Positions 46,830-57,312 of a DNA stretch of 64,000 bases are shown one piece after another (position 1 is the stretch's first letter; every line of letters starts with the position of its first letter). This stretch comes from an uncultured Thiomicrospira sp. Lineage in GTDB: Bacteria; Pseudomonadota; Gammaproteobacteria; CAKMZV01. The translations under genes and the position numbers were made by a program. The notes under the pieces were generated by a model. The model was given only the letters and a program-made list of their open reading frames with translations, searched no databases and was not told the DNA's origin. The stretch covers positions 1,216,001 to 1,280,000 of the forward strand of contig OZ239628.1 in assembly GCA_965195345.1 (NCBI GenBank), in the 5' to 3' direction.

Positions 46830-47285
46830 TTAATTCGGATTTTGAGTTTTTATGGGCACTTTAATATATTTATAATTGTCATCAGCAAACAATAATTTTA
46901 TCGTTACTTCTCCACTGTTTTTTTTCGCCATTTTAGGTCCTACAAGCATTACGTGCCATGAGTTTGGTTTGAATTGTAACAACGCACCATCTTCTATTTC
47001 TACATGCGCATGGTGAATCATTTGCGATTGTCCATTTTCGATACGCGTTTCGTGAATTTCTGCACGATTGAAGTCCTCTGACTCTACTCCAGTCAAAACG
47101 ACCATACTTCCACTGCCATTATATAAATCCATATACGCCGCCATTACATTAGCAGAAGGAGGAGCAGCGCGAATCCACGCTTGTCTCACTTCAACCTCTT
47201 TTTTTGAACACGCAGTCAATAAAATGCTAATAACAAAAAGTACTACCGTTTTAGTCATTCTACGCTTACTCACTTTACGTCTCAC
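46830..47285 (-). CDS. Periplasmic copper chaperone PCu(A)C
   Basis: AWIRAAPP, AAYM, EIHET...M, HVML; lipobox LTAC; true start may be a downstream ATG. Confidence 0.88.
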   Translation of the reverse strand: MRRKVSKRRMTKTVVLFVISILLTACSKKEVEVRQAWIRAAPPSANVMAAYMDLYNGSGSMVVLTGVESEDFNRAEIHETRIENGQSQMIHHAHVEIEDGALLQFKPNSWHVMLVGPKMAKKNSGEVTIKLLFADDNYKYIKVPIKTQNPN

Positions 47286-47327
47286 TCATTTTAGTGAAAT
47301 ATTTATCGTATTTTGTTCTATAAGAAG

Positions 47328-48173
47328 TTACATTATTTGCAATGATAGATCAATCGCTTGAATATTTTTAGTTATTGCTCCAACCGATATAAAATCAACA
47401 CCCGTTTCTGCAATAGCAACTATATTGGTTTCATCAATATTACCAGAAACTTCAAGCTTTGCCCTACCATTAACTTTATCAACTGCGATACAAATATCTT
47501 CTTTTTTGAAATTATCCAGCATTATGTGTTCAACGCCATACGACAAGCACTCTGCTAACTGCTCAAACGTTTCAACTTCTACCATTAGTTTAATTGAAGG
47601 ATGCTTAGCTCTAATTCGATCTACACAAGCACCGATACTACCGCAAGTTTTAATATGATTTTCCTTGAGGAGTACAGCATCATAAAGCCCCATACGATGA
47701 TTAACGCCTCCTCCACAACGAACTGCATATTTTTGTAACACCCGAAACCCTGGGATTGTTTTACGCGTATCCAAAAGTTTGCATTTTGTATGTGCTATCA
47801 TTTTCACAAGGTTATTTGTGGCTGTCGCTGTGGCCGAAAGCAACTGCAATCCATTCAAAGCAATACGTTCTGTTGAAAGTAAAGCCTGTCCATATGATTC
47901 TATATTGCACAATATACTGTTCGCATTGGAACTGTCGCCATCATTAGTTTTCCATAGAAAAATAGCGGTAGAATCAAAATGACGAATGGCTGCTTCAAAC
48001 CAAAAAGCGCCACTTAATATGCACGGGTCTCTTGTAATAACCTTGGCTTTTACCCGTTGGTTATCACAAACTTCTACATTTGGATCATATGCTTTTGCAC
48101 CTAAATCCTCCAAAAATGCCAAATCAAGCAAAGTTTGCCAGTGTGTTATTGAAGGTGTTTTTATAACTGCCAT
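47328..48173 (-). CDS. nadC: Nicotinate-nucleotide pyrophosphorylase (quinolinate phosphoribosyltransferase)
   Basis: DTRKTIPG, NHRMGLYD, KENHI, VEVE, MLDNF, EVSGNI. Confidence 0.95.
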   Translation of the reverse strand: MAVIKTPSITHWQTLLDLAFLEDLGAKAYDPNVEVCDNQRVKAKVITRDPCILSGAFWFEAAIRHFDSTAIFLWKTNDGDSSNANSILCNIESYGQALLSTERIALNGLQLLSATATATNNLVKMIAHTKCKLLDTRKTIPGFRVLQKYAVRCGGGVNHRMGLYDAVLLKENHIKTCGSIGACVDRIRAKHPSIKLMVEVETFEQLAECLSYGVEHIMLDNFKKEDICIAVDKVNGRAKLEVSGNIDETNIVAIAETGVDFISVGAITKNIQAIDLSLQIM

Positions 48174-48198
48174 ATAATACCATGCCTAAAATTTAAGG

Positions 48199-50400
48199 CT
48201 ATTCAACAACTATTGAATTTACGTTAGTAAATCCTCTGGGTAAAGAGTGTCCACGCTTACCACGAGAAGAAACTATTCCCTCAACATCCTTCCACATTAA
48301 GCGTAGTTTGCGGCGACCAGCATGGAGAATTATGGAGTTTTCCATGGAAAAACTAGCAACATGAATGACCCGCTCATCATCTTTAAACTTGACGCCCATT
48401 AACTTAGTACCCCTACCTCGATTAATTTGGGTCAACGCATCAACAGAAAAAACAAGATAACGCCCACTGCTTGAAACAGTAATGATGTGCGAATGATTAT
48501 CTTGTAACTTAATCGGTTTAAGAAGTATTGTACTAAGAGCCTTATTAACGATTTGCTTACCATTACGTGTCTTACTCAATAAAGCCGCATAAGGAACGAT
48601 GAAGCCATAAGCATCTTCAGTGCATAACAAATAGCGTGCACTTTCGTCGTCGATGAGCAAATTCTCAAAATACACATTCTCATTTATATTAATTCGCCCC
48701 GTTAACGGTTCACCGTAACCACGTGCGGATGGTAAATCTACGGCTGAAATGGTATAGCTTTTTCCTTCATTATCAATCAGGACAACTTTTTGATTAGTAC
48801 GTCCTTTTGCTTGACATAAGAATTTATCGTCCCCTCTGTACGAAATTTTTTCGCCTTCTATTTCTCCTTTCCCCCCACGTATCCATCCTTTCTTGGAGAG
48901 CACTACAGTTAGTGGTTCGGAAGGTGTTAGCACGTCGCTATTTAAAGCGATCGCTCTTTGCCGCTCAACAAGCTGAGTGCGACGATCATCGCCGTATCGG
49001 GTAATTATTGATTCAAGTTCTTTACGCATGAGCGTGGTTAGTCTTTTTTCAGATGATAATAATGCTTCAAGTATCTGCTTTTCCGCATTCAATTTTTCGC
49101 TCTCTTCTTCAATCTTAATTTGTTCTAACTTTGCCAATTGACGAAGACGAATTTCAAGAATCGCAGTCGCTTGTTTTTCACTCAATTTAAAACGTTCTAC
49201 TAATCGCGCTTTTGGGTCGTCAGATTCTCGAATAATAGCAATAACTTCATCAAGATTTAAATATGCAATCAGCAATCCCTGCAGCACATGCAACCTTTCA
49301 TCCACATAATTGAGACGATATTGCAATCGGTTACGAATGGTTTTACGTCGATAGTCCAACCATTCGTGCAAAACCATTAATAGCGGTTTTACTTGTGGAC
49401 GCCCATCCAAACCAATCATATTTAAATTCACACGGTAACTTTTTTCCAGATCAGTACTCGCAAATAAATGCGACATTAATTTCTCACAATCCACGCGAGA
49501 TGAACGCAAAACAAGCACTAATCGAACGGGATGATTCTCATCTGATTCATCGCGCACATCCTCTATCCATGGGATTTTCTTATCGCGCATTTGTGCCGCT
49601 ATTTGTGTAAGCAGCTTGGATGTGGAAACTTGCCAAGGCAGTGCAGAAATTATAATTTCGCTTTTATTATCCTGATAAATAGCACGCACTCGAAACTGTC
49701 CGTTACCAGTCAAATACATTTGCTTAATATCCGCTTTGGACGTAATAATCTCTCCGCCAGTAGGTAGGTCAGGAGCAGGCAATATTGCCATAATTTCGTG
49801 AAGTTCCATACTTGGATTCTTTAGCAATGCTATGCAGGCGTTTAATACTTCCGTAAGATTATGTGGTGGTATATCGGTAGACATGCCAACTGCAATACCA
49901 CTTCCACCATTAAGAAGAATGTTGGGTGTTTGCGCAGGTAATAATCGAGGTTCATCCACAGTACCATCAAAATTCGCAACCCATTCAACCGTTCCCTGCC
50001 CAGTTTCGCTTAATAACAAATCAGCATAGGCAGATAAGCGTGCCTCTGTATAACGCATAGCAGCAAAGGATTTAGGGTCGTCTAAAGCACCCCAATTGCC
50101 TTGACCATCGATTAAGCAGTAACGATAAGAAAATGGTTGCGCCATGAGCACCATAGCTTCATAGCAAGCAGAATCACCATGGGGATGAAACTTGCCAAGA
50201 ACGTCTCCCACCGTACGTGCCGATTTTTTGTGTTTTGAAGTACTACGAAGTCCAAGTTCACTCATGGCGTATATGATACGCCTTTGTACAGGCTTCAACC
50301 CATCAGCTATATGCGGCAGTGCACGATCAAGTATGACGTACATGGCATAGTCTAAGTATGATTTTTCAGTAAATGTGCTTAATGCAATGCGCTCTGTCAT
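48199..50400 (-). CDS. parC: DNA topoisomerase IV subunit A
   Basis: [41 protein letters not shown]. Confidence 0.97.
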   Translation of the reverse strand: MTERIALSTFTEKSYLDYAMYVILDRALPHIADGLKPVQRRIIYAMSELGLRSTSKHKKSARTVGDVLGKFHPHGDSACYEAMVLMAQPFSYRYCLIDGQGNWGALDDPKSFAAMRYTEARLSAYADLLLSETGQGTVEWVANFDGTVDEPRLLPAQTPNILLNGGSGIAVGMSTDIPPHNLTEVLNACIALLKNPSMELHEIMAILPAPDLPTGGEIITSKADIKQMYLTGNGQFRVRAIYQDNKSEIIISALPWQVSTSKLLTQIAAQMRDKKIPWIEDVRDESDENHPVRLVLVLRSSRVDCEKLMSHLFASTDLEKSYRVNLNMIGLDGRPQVKPLLMVLHEWLDYRRKTIRNRLQYRLNYVDERLHVLQGLLIAYLNLDEVIAIIRESDDPKARLVERFKLSEKQATAILEIRLRQLAKLEQIKIEEESEKLNAEKQILEALLSSEKRLTTLMRKELESIITRYGDDRRTQLVERQRAIALNSDVLTPSEPLTVVLSKKGWIRGGKGEIEGEKISYRGDDKFLCQAKGRTNQKVVLIDNEGKSYTISAVDLPSARGYGEPLTGRININENVYFENLLIDDESARYLLCTEDAYGFIVPYAALLSKTRNGKQIVNKALSTILLKPIKLQDNHSHIITVSSSGRYLVFSVDALTQINRGRGTKLMGVKFKDDERVIHVASFSMENSIILHAGRRKLRLMWKDVEGIVSSRGKRGHSLPRGFTNVNSIVVE

Positions 50401-50649
50401 TATGTTTCTGGGAAAAAGCTGTATTCTACAATACTCGTTTCTGTATCACTACCCTTCATTAAATCATTCATCAAAAACCCAAAGGAAAGCATATTCATTC
50501 AGAAGTCTCAAATGCCATAAGGCTGTACCAAGATTGCAATATTGAATAGATAGGATGATTTAGTCATGCCTTGTATTTTTTGATTATTAAAAGTAGAATT
50601 GATGCGAATCAACAACAGAAATTAATGTGCAAAATTAGAATGGAGAAAT

Positions 50650-51084
50650 ATGATAGAAAGTGTCACCGAAAACAATATAGATGAAATACTACCATTGATT
50701 CGTCAATATCAAGCGTTTTATAAAGTGAAAAACATATCAGACGTTGCTAATAGAGCTTTTTTCTCTCAATTTCATGAGGATCACTCACATGGCAGTCAAT
50801 TTCTTTTTCGCATTGATGATAGAGCCGTTGGTTTTGCAACATTGTATCTGACTTATAAGTCATCTACTCCCTGCATGATAGGTGTTATGAATGATTTGTT
50901 TACAGTACGCGAGGCGCGAGGCAAAGGCGTCGGGCGCGCATTGATTGAGCATTGTAAGAAATTCGCGATTAAAAAAGGTGCACAACAGATTGTATGGAAT
51001 ACCGCCCCGACCAATAAAAAAGCACAAATTTTATATGACTCAATTAGTACAGAAAAATCAACTTGGGTCAGATACGCGTATTAA
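50650..51084 (+). CDS. GNAT family acetyltransferase
   Basis: MNDLFT...ARGKGVGRALI, TAPTN.KAQ.LYD. Confidence 0.88.
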   Translation: MIESVTENNIDEILPLIRQYQAFYKVKNISDVANRAFFSQFHEDHSHGSQFLFRIDDRAVGFATLYLTYKSSTPCMIGVMNDLFTVREARGKGVGRALIEHCKKFAIKKGAQQIVWNTAPTNKKAQILYDSISTEKSTWVRYAY

Positions 51085-51160
51085 GAAATCAATAAACTAA
51101 AAGCTGCCCCCTTTCCATTATTAACAACCGCCGAAATATAAGAGATATGATTAGAGAATT

Positions 51161-51361
51161 ATGAATAGCATTAATAAATTTTGTCCTCGTTCATCTAAAG
51201 CAGTATCTAAAGACGCATTAGCTGAATACAAAGGTGTTATTGTTGGTTTCTGCAACTTAGGCTGTAGGGATGATTTTTTACAAAACCATCCATTTTCAGA
51301 TTGCCGATATTTTGATGCTATTATTCAAGAAAATGAAATAGTAACGTCAGATACTCTCTAA
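51161..51361 (+). CDS. Small YHS/TRASH-like Cys-motif protein
   Basis: CP.S.KAV......YKG..VGFCNLGCRDDF. Confidence 0.65.
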   Translation: MNSINKFCPRSSKAVSKDALAEYKGVIVGFCNLGCRDDFLQNHPFSDCRYFDAIIQENEIVTSDTL

Positions 51362-51387
51362 CTTTTAAAGCGTATTCGGAGATTTTT

Positions 51388-51990
51388 ATGAAAGTGTTTG
51401 GAGATTATAGATCGGGAAATTGTTATAAGATTCAACTAACTGCTGATTTATTAGGGATAGATTACGAATGGGTGGATGTTGATATTCTTAAAAAAGAGAA
51501 TCAATCGACTGACTATCTAAACATGAACCCTGCTGGTCAAATCCCCATCGTCATGTTAGACGATGGAGAGATTCTAAGCGAGTCAAATGCCATTATAAAT
51601 TTCCTTGCTGCAGATTCTTGGTTATTACCCAAAGATCCCCTGCTCTTAGCTAAAGTTCAACAATGGCAGTTTTTTGAACAATATTCACACGAGCCTTGCG
51701 TTGCTGTTGCACGATTCATTAAGCATTATTTGGAGCTGCCAGACGACAAAAGAAATGCATGGGAAAAAGCAATAGAAAAAGGTTATAAAGCACTTACTAT
51801 AATGGAGAATGCATTGGAAGGAAAAAATTATTTGGTAAACAATCAATTAAGCATCGCAGACATTACCTTATTTGCCTACACGCATGTTGCATGCGAAGGC
51901 GGGTTTGACTTGTCAAATTACCACGCAGTGTGTCACTGGATTGGACGTGTTAAATCACATCCGCGATTTAGTCCGATGAAGGCACAATAA
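51388..51990 (+). CDS. Glutathione S-transferase family protein
   Basis: SGNCYK, NPAGQIP, ESNAI, FFEQYSHEP, SIADI.LFAYTH. Confidence 0.93.
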   Translation: MKVFGDYRSGNCYKIQLTADLLGIDYEWVDVDILKKENQSTDYLNMNPAGQIPIVMLDDGEILSESNAIINFLAADSWLLPKDPLLLAKVQQWQFFEQYSHEPCVAVARFIKHYLELPDDKRNAWEKAIEKGYKALTIMENALEGKNYLVNNQLSIADITLFAYTHVACEGGFDLSNYHAVCHWIGRVKSHPRFSPMKAQ

Positions 51991-52018
51991 ATTCACTATT
52001 TAATTCTTATTTTGTAAC

Positions 52019-53176
52019 ATGAATGCGTGTAAGTTGTATTCTCAAAAACTTTTCAAATCTATCAATGCGATGAAGTCTATTAATTTTGGATTATTTTTCT
52101 TCATCTTTCTATTGCTCTCACCGGCAACAAAGGCCGCGTCTGAGCATGATTTTTACACTGCTTATGCTTCTCAAGTGGAATACCCTGAATTATCAAAAGA
52201 ACTCATTCAAGATATGATTCTTAAAATGATCGTAAAAACAACGGGTAATAAAAATTTAAGGTTTAACGCTGAAGTTCAAAAAGCAATTAAAAAGGTTAAC
52301 ATAGAATTTGTTAATCGCCATCAAATAATTAAAGATCAAACACCCTATCAACACAAAGTTGATATTAGCCAAAGTCATTTGAATGACTTACTAGATTCAT
52401 TGAATTTAATACAATGGCCTATTCCCAGACCGCTTACTATCATATGGATGGTGTTAGAGAACAGTTCAGGCGAGCAAACAGTTATTTCAGATCGAAACAT
52501 TCTTAAAACTTGGGAAAATACTTTGCAGAAAGTTGAGATGGCTAGAGGTGTGCAGTTTATATTGCCAATATCCTCTTTGTTAGAACTCCAGACCATACAA
52601 TCCAATCAAATTCTCTCAGATAACGACAACTCTTTTCTCAAATTGAGCAAAGCCTATCCTGTCAAACAGTCGTTGATAGTTGTTATAAAACAACAACCTC
52701 AAAATTGGGGTTTCAAATGGCATTTTTATGGCTTAGATGATTTGCTGATTAAAAAAGGTCAATTTTATATAGAAAAAATAAATCAAGGAATTTCAAGAGT
52801 AGCAGATAAGGCAGTAGATTTAACATTGTTAAGCGAACACAGTATGTTGAGCAAGGAGCGTAAAATTTTCCTTGACGTTAGCAATGTATATACATTTGAA
52901 GATTACCAAAAAGTAAAGAAAAGTTTGTTTAACTCTCGATGGTTGAAAGACGCATTTCTATTAGCTATTGAGCACAGCACTCTGCAATATGAGCTCATAA
53001 CTTTTGGTTCTGGAGAGGAATACATAACAAACTTGTACGCTAAAAAATTGTATGAGTGGAAAACGCAAGATGATGAACAGTTTCTGCAAGATTTTGACTC
53101 TGTCAGCACTAATACTAGCAAGACATACTTTAAATTTTCATTGAAAAATGCAACCTCCATTGAATCTTCTCCTTAA
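52019..53176 (+). CDS. DUF2066-family exported protein
   Basis: Signal peptide (true start possibly the later MKSINFG), W..PRP...IW, RG...ILP; upstream of hda as in other Gammaproteobacteria. Confidence 0.65.
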   Translation: MNACKLYSQKLFKSINAMKSINFGLFFFIFLLLSPATKAASEHDFYTAYASQVEYPELSKELIQDMILKMIVKTTGNKNLRFNAEVQKAIKKVNIEFVNRHQIIKDQTPYQHKVDISQSHLNDLLDSLNLIQWPIPRPLTIIWMVLENSSGEQTVISDRNILKTWENTLQKVEMARGVQFILPISSLLELQTIQSNQILSDNDNSFLKLSKAYPVKQSLIVVIKQQPQNWGFKWHFYGLDDLLIKKGQFYIEKINQGISRVADKAVDLTLLSEHSMLSKERKIFLDVSNVYTFEDYQKVKKSLFNSRWLKDAFLLAIEHSTLQYELITFGSGEEYITNLYAKKLYEWKTQDDEQFLQDFDSVSTNTSKTYFKFSLKNATSIESSP

Positions 53177-53816
53177 AAGGAAACATTTATTACAAGATTT
53201 TGTTTGGAGTGACGTCCTTTCACAAGGCGTTTTTTCAAGTTGGTTGCAATCATTAAACGACAAAAAATGCACACAATTACTTGTAGAAGGCGGTCCTAGT
53301 TTAGGAAAAACGCATTTATTACTTGCCGTTTGTCAACATGCTCGCAAAAACGGCTTGAGCAGTCGCTATATAGATTTATCAGATCAAACAAGCGACTTAA
53401 TCGATAACGTAACACAAGTGTATTGTTTAGATAATGTGGATGCCGTCACAAAAAACCCAGAGTTTGCCACCTCAATTGTTGATTTCATAGAGAATGCAAG
53501 AAGCAAGGATCGACATCTTATGTTTTCAATCAACAGAAACACTTCAATTGGTTTAGCTGATTTACAAACACGGCTTCACCTCGGGTTAAGTTTACGTCTT
53601 GCGAAGTTAAATAGAAATCAGAAAGTAGAAGCTTTACGAATACGCGCAAAATCTGCAGGTTTAAAAGTCAGCAATACACTTATGCAAGTTCTCGTTAATT
53701 CAGAAATGGACAACCATAAATTATTTAGCTCTTTGAGTCGTCTTGATGAGATTCAGTTGAGTAGCCATCAGCGGCTTAATCAAAGTGTTCTAGAACAACT
53801 GAATATTAAAAAATGA
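53148..53816 (+). CDS. hda: DnaA regulatory inactivator Hda-like AAA+ protein
   Basis: N-terminal QPPL (clamp-motif-like), GGPSLGKTHLL, CLDNVD, LADLQTRL. Confidence 0.75.
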   Translation: MQPPLNLLLKRKHLLQDFVWSDVLSQGVFSSWLQSLNDKKCTQLLVEGGPSLGKTHLLLAVCQHARKNGLSSRYIDLSDQTSDLIDNVTQVYCLDNVDAVTKNPEFATSIVDFIENARSKDRHLMFSINRNTSIGLADLQTRLHLGLSLRLAKLNRNQKVEALRIRAKSAGLKVSNTLMQVLVNSEMDNHKLFSSLSRLDEIQLSSHQRLNQSVLEQLNIKK

Positions 53817-54553
53817 GCGGCTTCTCTAAATTTTTATTAGCTATAGCACTATGCGCTTTAACGGCTTGCAGCGAGAAAAAAATATCAGAAACCCTGATCA
53901 TCGCGGTAGCCAGTAATTTTGCCCCAACACTCAAAGACATTATTGGTCTTTATGAGAGTGAAACAGGTAACTTAGTCAAAGTAAGCATTGGTTCAACAAG
54001 CAAATTATACGCACAAATTCGCAATGGAGCCCCTTACGATATTTTTTTTGCAGCAGATAACAAACATCCACGATTGCTTGAAGAAAACAACTTAATCATA
54101 AAAAACTCACGTCAAACTTACGCTTTTGGACAATTGGTTTTATGGCAATCTCAAGGAAATATAACATTGGGGCTAAATGAATTGTTGTCTGAGAAAGTAA
54201 AATACATCGCAATTGCCAACCCAAAACTTGCGCCTTATGGAGAAGCAACCAAACAAATGCTGCAAGAGGAAAACCTTTGGGACAAACTGATTAATAAATT
54301 CGTTTACGGTGAAAATATTGCTCAAACTATGCTTTTTGTAGAGTCAGAAAATGCCGACTTAGGATTTGTTGCCTTGAGCCAAGTCATAAATAGGCAAGGC
54401 AGTAAATGGGTAGTGCCTGTGCGTTATCATAATCCAATTGAGCAACAAATGGTGCAATTACGTGACAGTCCTCTCTCTAAAGATTTCTTAAAATATATGA
54501 ACAGTATCAAGGTGCGCTCTTTAATTCTTAGTCAAGGATACAAGGTGCCATGA
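53813..54553 (+). CDS. modA: Molybdate ABC transporter substrate-binding protein
   Basis: AVASNF, GSTSKLYAQI.NGAPYD.FFAAD, ANPKLAPYG, GENIAQ. Confidence 0.93.
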   Translation: MSGFSKFLLAIALCALTACSEKKISETLIIAVASNFAPTLKDIIGLYESETGNLVKVSIGSTSKLYAQIRNGAPYDIFFAADNKHPRLLEENNLIIKNSRQTYAFGQLVLWQSQGNITLGLNELLSEKVKYIAIANPKLAPYGEATKQMLQEENLWDKLINKFVYGENIAQTMLFVESENADLGFVALSQVINRQGSKWVVPVRYHNPIEQQMVQLRDSPLSKDFLKYMNSIKVRSLILSQGYKVP

Positions 54554-55218
54554 TGGGAGCACTTGAATTTGAAGCCTTGTGGCTTACATTAAAACTTGCC
54601 AGCATTACAACATTGATTCTATTGGTTTTTGGCGCACCTTTGTCTTGGTGGCTAGCACAAAGCAAATGGCGTTTCAAATTTTTAATTGAATCCTTAGTTG
54701 CCCTGCCTTTGGTTTTACCTCCAACCGTTTTAGGTTTCTATCTTTTGGTTGCGCTTGGAACGAATGGATTCATTGGAACATTGACCAATTTTTTAGGCTT
54801 AGGATCGTTGGCGTTTAGTTTCTATGGTCTTATTATTGGTTCAGTAATATACAGCTTACCATTTGTAGTTCAGCCCTTGCAAAATGCATTCACTCTGATT
54901 AATCAACAACATCTTGAGTCAGCCAGTTTATTGGGAGCCAGTCCGATTGATCGCTTTTTCAGTGTGGTTGTTCCATATTCAAGAACAGGTTTTTTAACTG
55001 CATCAATATTAGGTTTTTCTCATACTTTAGGAGAATTTGGAGTCGTACTAATGATTGGAGGAAACATCCCAGGTGAGACCCAAGTTGTTTCAATAGCTCT
55101 TTTCGAACATGTTGAAAATTTGCAATATGCCAAGGCACACACACTTGCTTTATTATTACTTGGTTTGTCTTTTGCTTTATTATCAATAGTTTATACAGCT
55201 AATCGAGTTTGGAAGTAG
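54550..55218 (+). CDS. modB: Molybdate ABC transporter permease
   Basis: LPLVLPPTVLGFYLL, HTLGEFGVVLMIGGNIPGET. Confidence 0.95.
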   Translation: MMGALEFEALWLTLKLASITTLILLVFGAPLSWWLAQSKWRFKFLIESLVALPLVLPPTVLGFYLLVALGTNGFIGTLTNFLGLGSLAFSFYGLIIGSVIYSLPFVVQPLQNAFTLINQQHLESASLLGASPIDRFFSVVVPYSRTGFLTASILGFSHTLGEFGVVLMIGGNIPGETQVVSIALFEHVENLQYAKAHTLALLLLGLSFALLSIVYTANRVWK

Positions 55219-55220
55219 TC

Positions 55221-56174
55221 GTGACTATAGATATAACCACTAAAATTCAACGAAACGGCTTTAAGCTCAACATAGATTTAAGCTTAAGCTCTCGAGGTAT
55301 AACCGCTATTACTGGTAAATCTGGAAGTGGCAAAACGTCCCTACTTAGAACAATTGCAGGGCTTGATAGACATCCGAATACGTTTATACGTTTTGATGAT
55401 GTTGTATGGCAAGATAATGATCAGTTCGTGCCAGTACATGAACGTTCTATAGGCTATGTATTTCAAAACCCGCAATTATTTAATCATTTGGACGTTGCAG
55501 GTAATATCAATTACGCGTGGAAAAGAAGCAACAGGAAGCATCGACTATCGCTCAAAGAAATATTGGCAATTTTTGATGTTGAAGACTTATTGAGCCGCAA
55601 AGCACATGAATTATCAGGGGGGGAGTGCCAACGTGTTCTTTTAGCGCGTGCAGCAGTAGCAAATCCTTCATTAATGCTCTTGGATGAAGCATTATCTTCT
55701 GTAGACATCTCCGCCAGATATCAATTATTGAGCGCTTTAAAAAAACTCTCAGATCAAGCAGCCATGCCAATACTGTATGTAACACATGATGCCTTTGAAG
55801 CCGCTGCATTGACAGATATACACCTTACAATTGGAAATCAGATGACAACGTTTGTTGATCATTCAATCCACACAGATCGAATGACAGTTACTCAAGCAAT
55901 TGGTGCATTAAAAAAATCTTCTGAAAGTTTCGTCGAACTTTTTGCAAACTCTAATATCAGCGTAGAGTTCTATCGACCAGAGGGTATTGACAAACAACAA
56001 CCGCATGAAATTGATGAAATCTATGTGATTGCTTCTGGTAACGGAACCTTTATAAATGGAGACGTGATGTGCCCATTTGAAAAAGGTGAAGTATTATTTG
56101 TTCCAGCAAAGCAAGAACACCGCTTTGTGGACTTTAGTTCCGATTTTGCAACATGGGTTATTTTCTTCAAATAA
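55221..56174 (+). CDS. modC: Molybdate ABC ATPase fused to a cupin domain (no TOBE domain)
   Basis: GKSGSGKT, LSGGE, LLDE and VTHD, then QQPHEIDEIYVI...FVPAKQEHRF cupin; probable GTG start at 55221. Confidence 0.8.
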   Translation: MTIDITTKIQRNGFKLNIDLSLSSRGITAITGKSGSGKTSLLRTIAGLDRHPNTFIRFDDVVWQDNDQFVPVHERSIGYVFQNPQLFNHLDVAGNINYAWKRSNRKHRLSLKEILAIFDVEDLLSRKAHELSGGECQRVLLARAAVANPSLMLLDEALSSVDISARYQLLSALKKLSDQAAMPILYVTHDAFEAAALTDIHLTIGNQMTTFVDHSIHTDRMTVTQAIGALKKSSESFVELFANSNISVEFYRPEGIDKQQPHEIDEIYVIASGNGTFINGDVMCPFEKGEVLFVPAKQEHRFVDFSSDFATWVIFFK

Positions 56175-56193
56175 AACGATTGCAAAATAAATA

Positions 56194-56967
56194 TCAGCTG
56201 AACAAATAGAAACCAGCGAAAAATATCGGCTGATGGATTAGATATACAAACAAGGAATTTCTTGATAACCATCGCATCCAACTTGGGGTTAGCACTTGGA
56301 AAAAAGCCACTTCATAAAAACGGAAGTACCCTAAAAAAATCCCAAATAGCACTACAGAAAACCATGGGAAAAATGGCACTAAGTCCTCGGTAGCTAATGG
56401 TAAATTAAGAGGCTCTTGCAATAACTGATACACAAAATGATTAGAGAGTAATCCTGTGTTATATGTTACCAAAATGGTTATTCCTAATACTAAACACAAA
56501 ATGGGATGCTTGCGCAATCCAATAGCGCACAATGAGGCAGTCAATATGAAGTGCAAAATTCCAAAATAAATCCAACTGGTTGGGAAAATCAGATAACTAC
56601 TGAGAGAAACAAAAATTGAAGCTACTAATAACCAACTCAATCTTTTGATGAAAGGAGACAAACGTACTCTGCCTCTATGGGCCAGCACTAAAGAGAAACC
56701 AACACTCAAAAGGAAACCACTGATAATGATGTAACGGAAAGTTATCCACTCCATTTCGTTATTCATGTCAATATCATGATAACCAAAATAGCCAAGATCA
56801 AATATGAAATGATAAATTAGCATCAACAAGATAGATGATGCTCGTAAAAAATCAATAAACGCGCTGCGATTGAAAACGTTTTCAGAAAACAAAATAATGC
56901 CGTTCATTATGTTAGGATTTTTTTCTAAATGATGATGGCAATATATCCCATGGGATAATTTTAGCAA
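56194..56967 (-). CDS. DUF1624 / heparan-alpha-glucosaminide N-acetyltransferase-like membrane protein
   Basis: R...ID.LR...I..M..YHF.FD, IYFGILH, D.VP.FPW, SL.VYLIHQP; true start probably downstream. Confidence 0.85.
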   Translation of the reverse strand: MLKLSHGIYCHHHLEKNPNIMNGIILFSENVFNRSAFIDFLRASSILLMLIYHFIFDLGYFGYHDIDMNNEMEWITFRYIIISGFLLSVGFSLVLAHRGRVRLSPFIKRLSWLLVASIFVSLSSYLIFPTSWIYFGILHFILTASLCAIGLRKHPILCLVLGITILVTYNTGLLSNHFVYQLLQEPLNLPLATEDLVPFFPWFSVVLFGIFLGYFRFYEVAFFQVLTPSWMRWLSRNSLFVYLIHQPIFFAGFYLFS

Positions 56968-57241
56968 CTATAGGAAGAAGAATTGAACCACCTGGTAACA
57001 TGAAAATACCAAACGCTGGTATTGTTCTCGCAAGATCTTTTGCTTGCTCTAAAGCAACCTCACTTTCTTCTTTAGTGATCTCCTCTCCACAAGAAAGTCG
57101 CCATAAAATATGAAACATATCACCCGTTTCGGTAATTTCCAACCAAGTATTTTGACTGATTTCAGTGAACAGATCTTCTATCTTATGTGGTTCGCGTACC
57201 CAATCTATTGCCTCCTTCATTCCTTTAAAAATATTGTACAT
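56912..57241 (-). CDS. LETM1-like domain protein
   Basis: EQAKDLARTIPAFGIFMLPGGSILLP...LPSSF; likely start MYNIF at 57241. Confidence 0.65.
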   Translation of the reverse strand: MYNIFKGMKEAIDWVREPHKIEDLFTEISQNTWLEITETGDMFHILWRLSCGEEITKEESEVALEQAKDLARTIPAFGIFMLPGGSILLPIVAKIIPWDILPSSFRKKS

Positions 57242-57312
57242 AGAATTTTTATTCTCCGAAGTCTTTATTAATTTACGATAATGGCAGCTCATTCTATTCA
57301 ACTGGCATCAAT

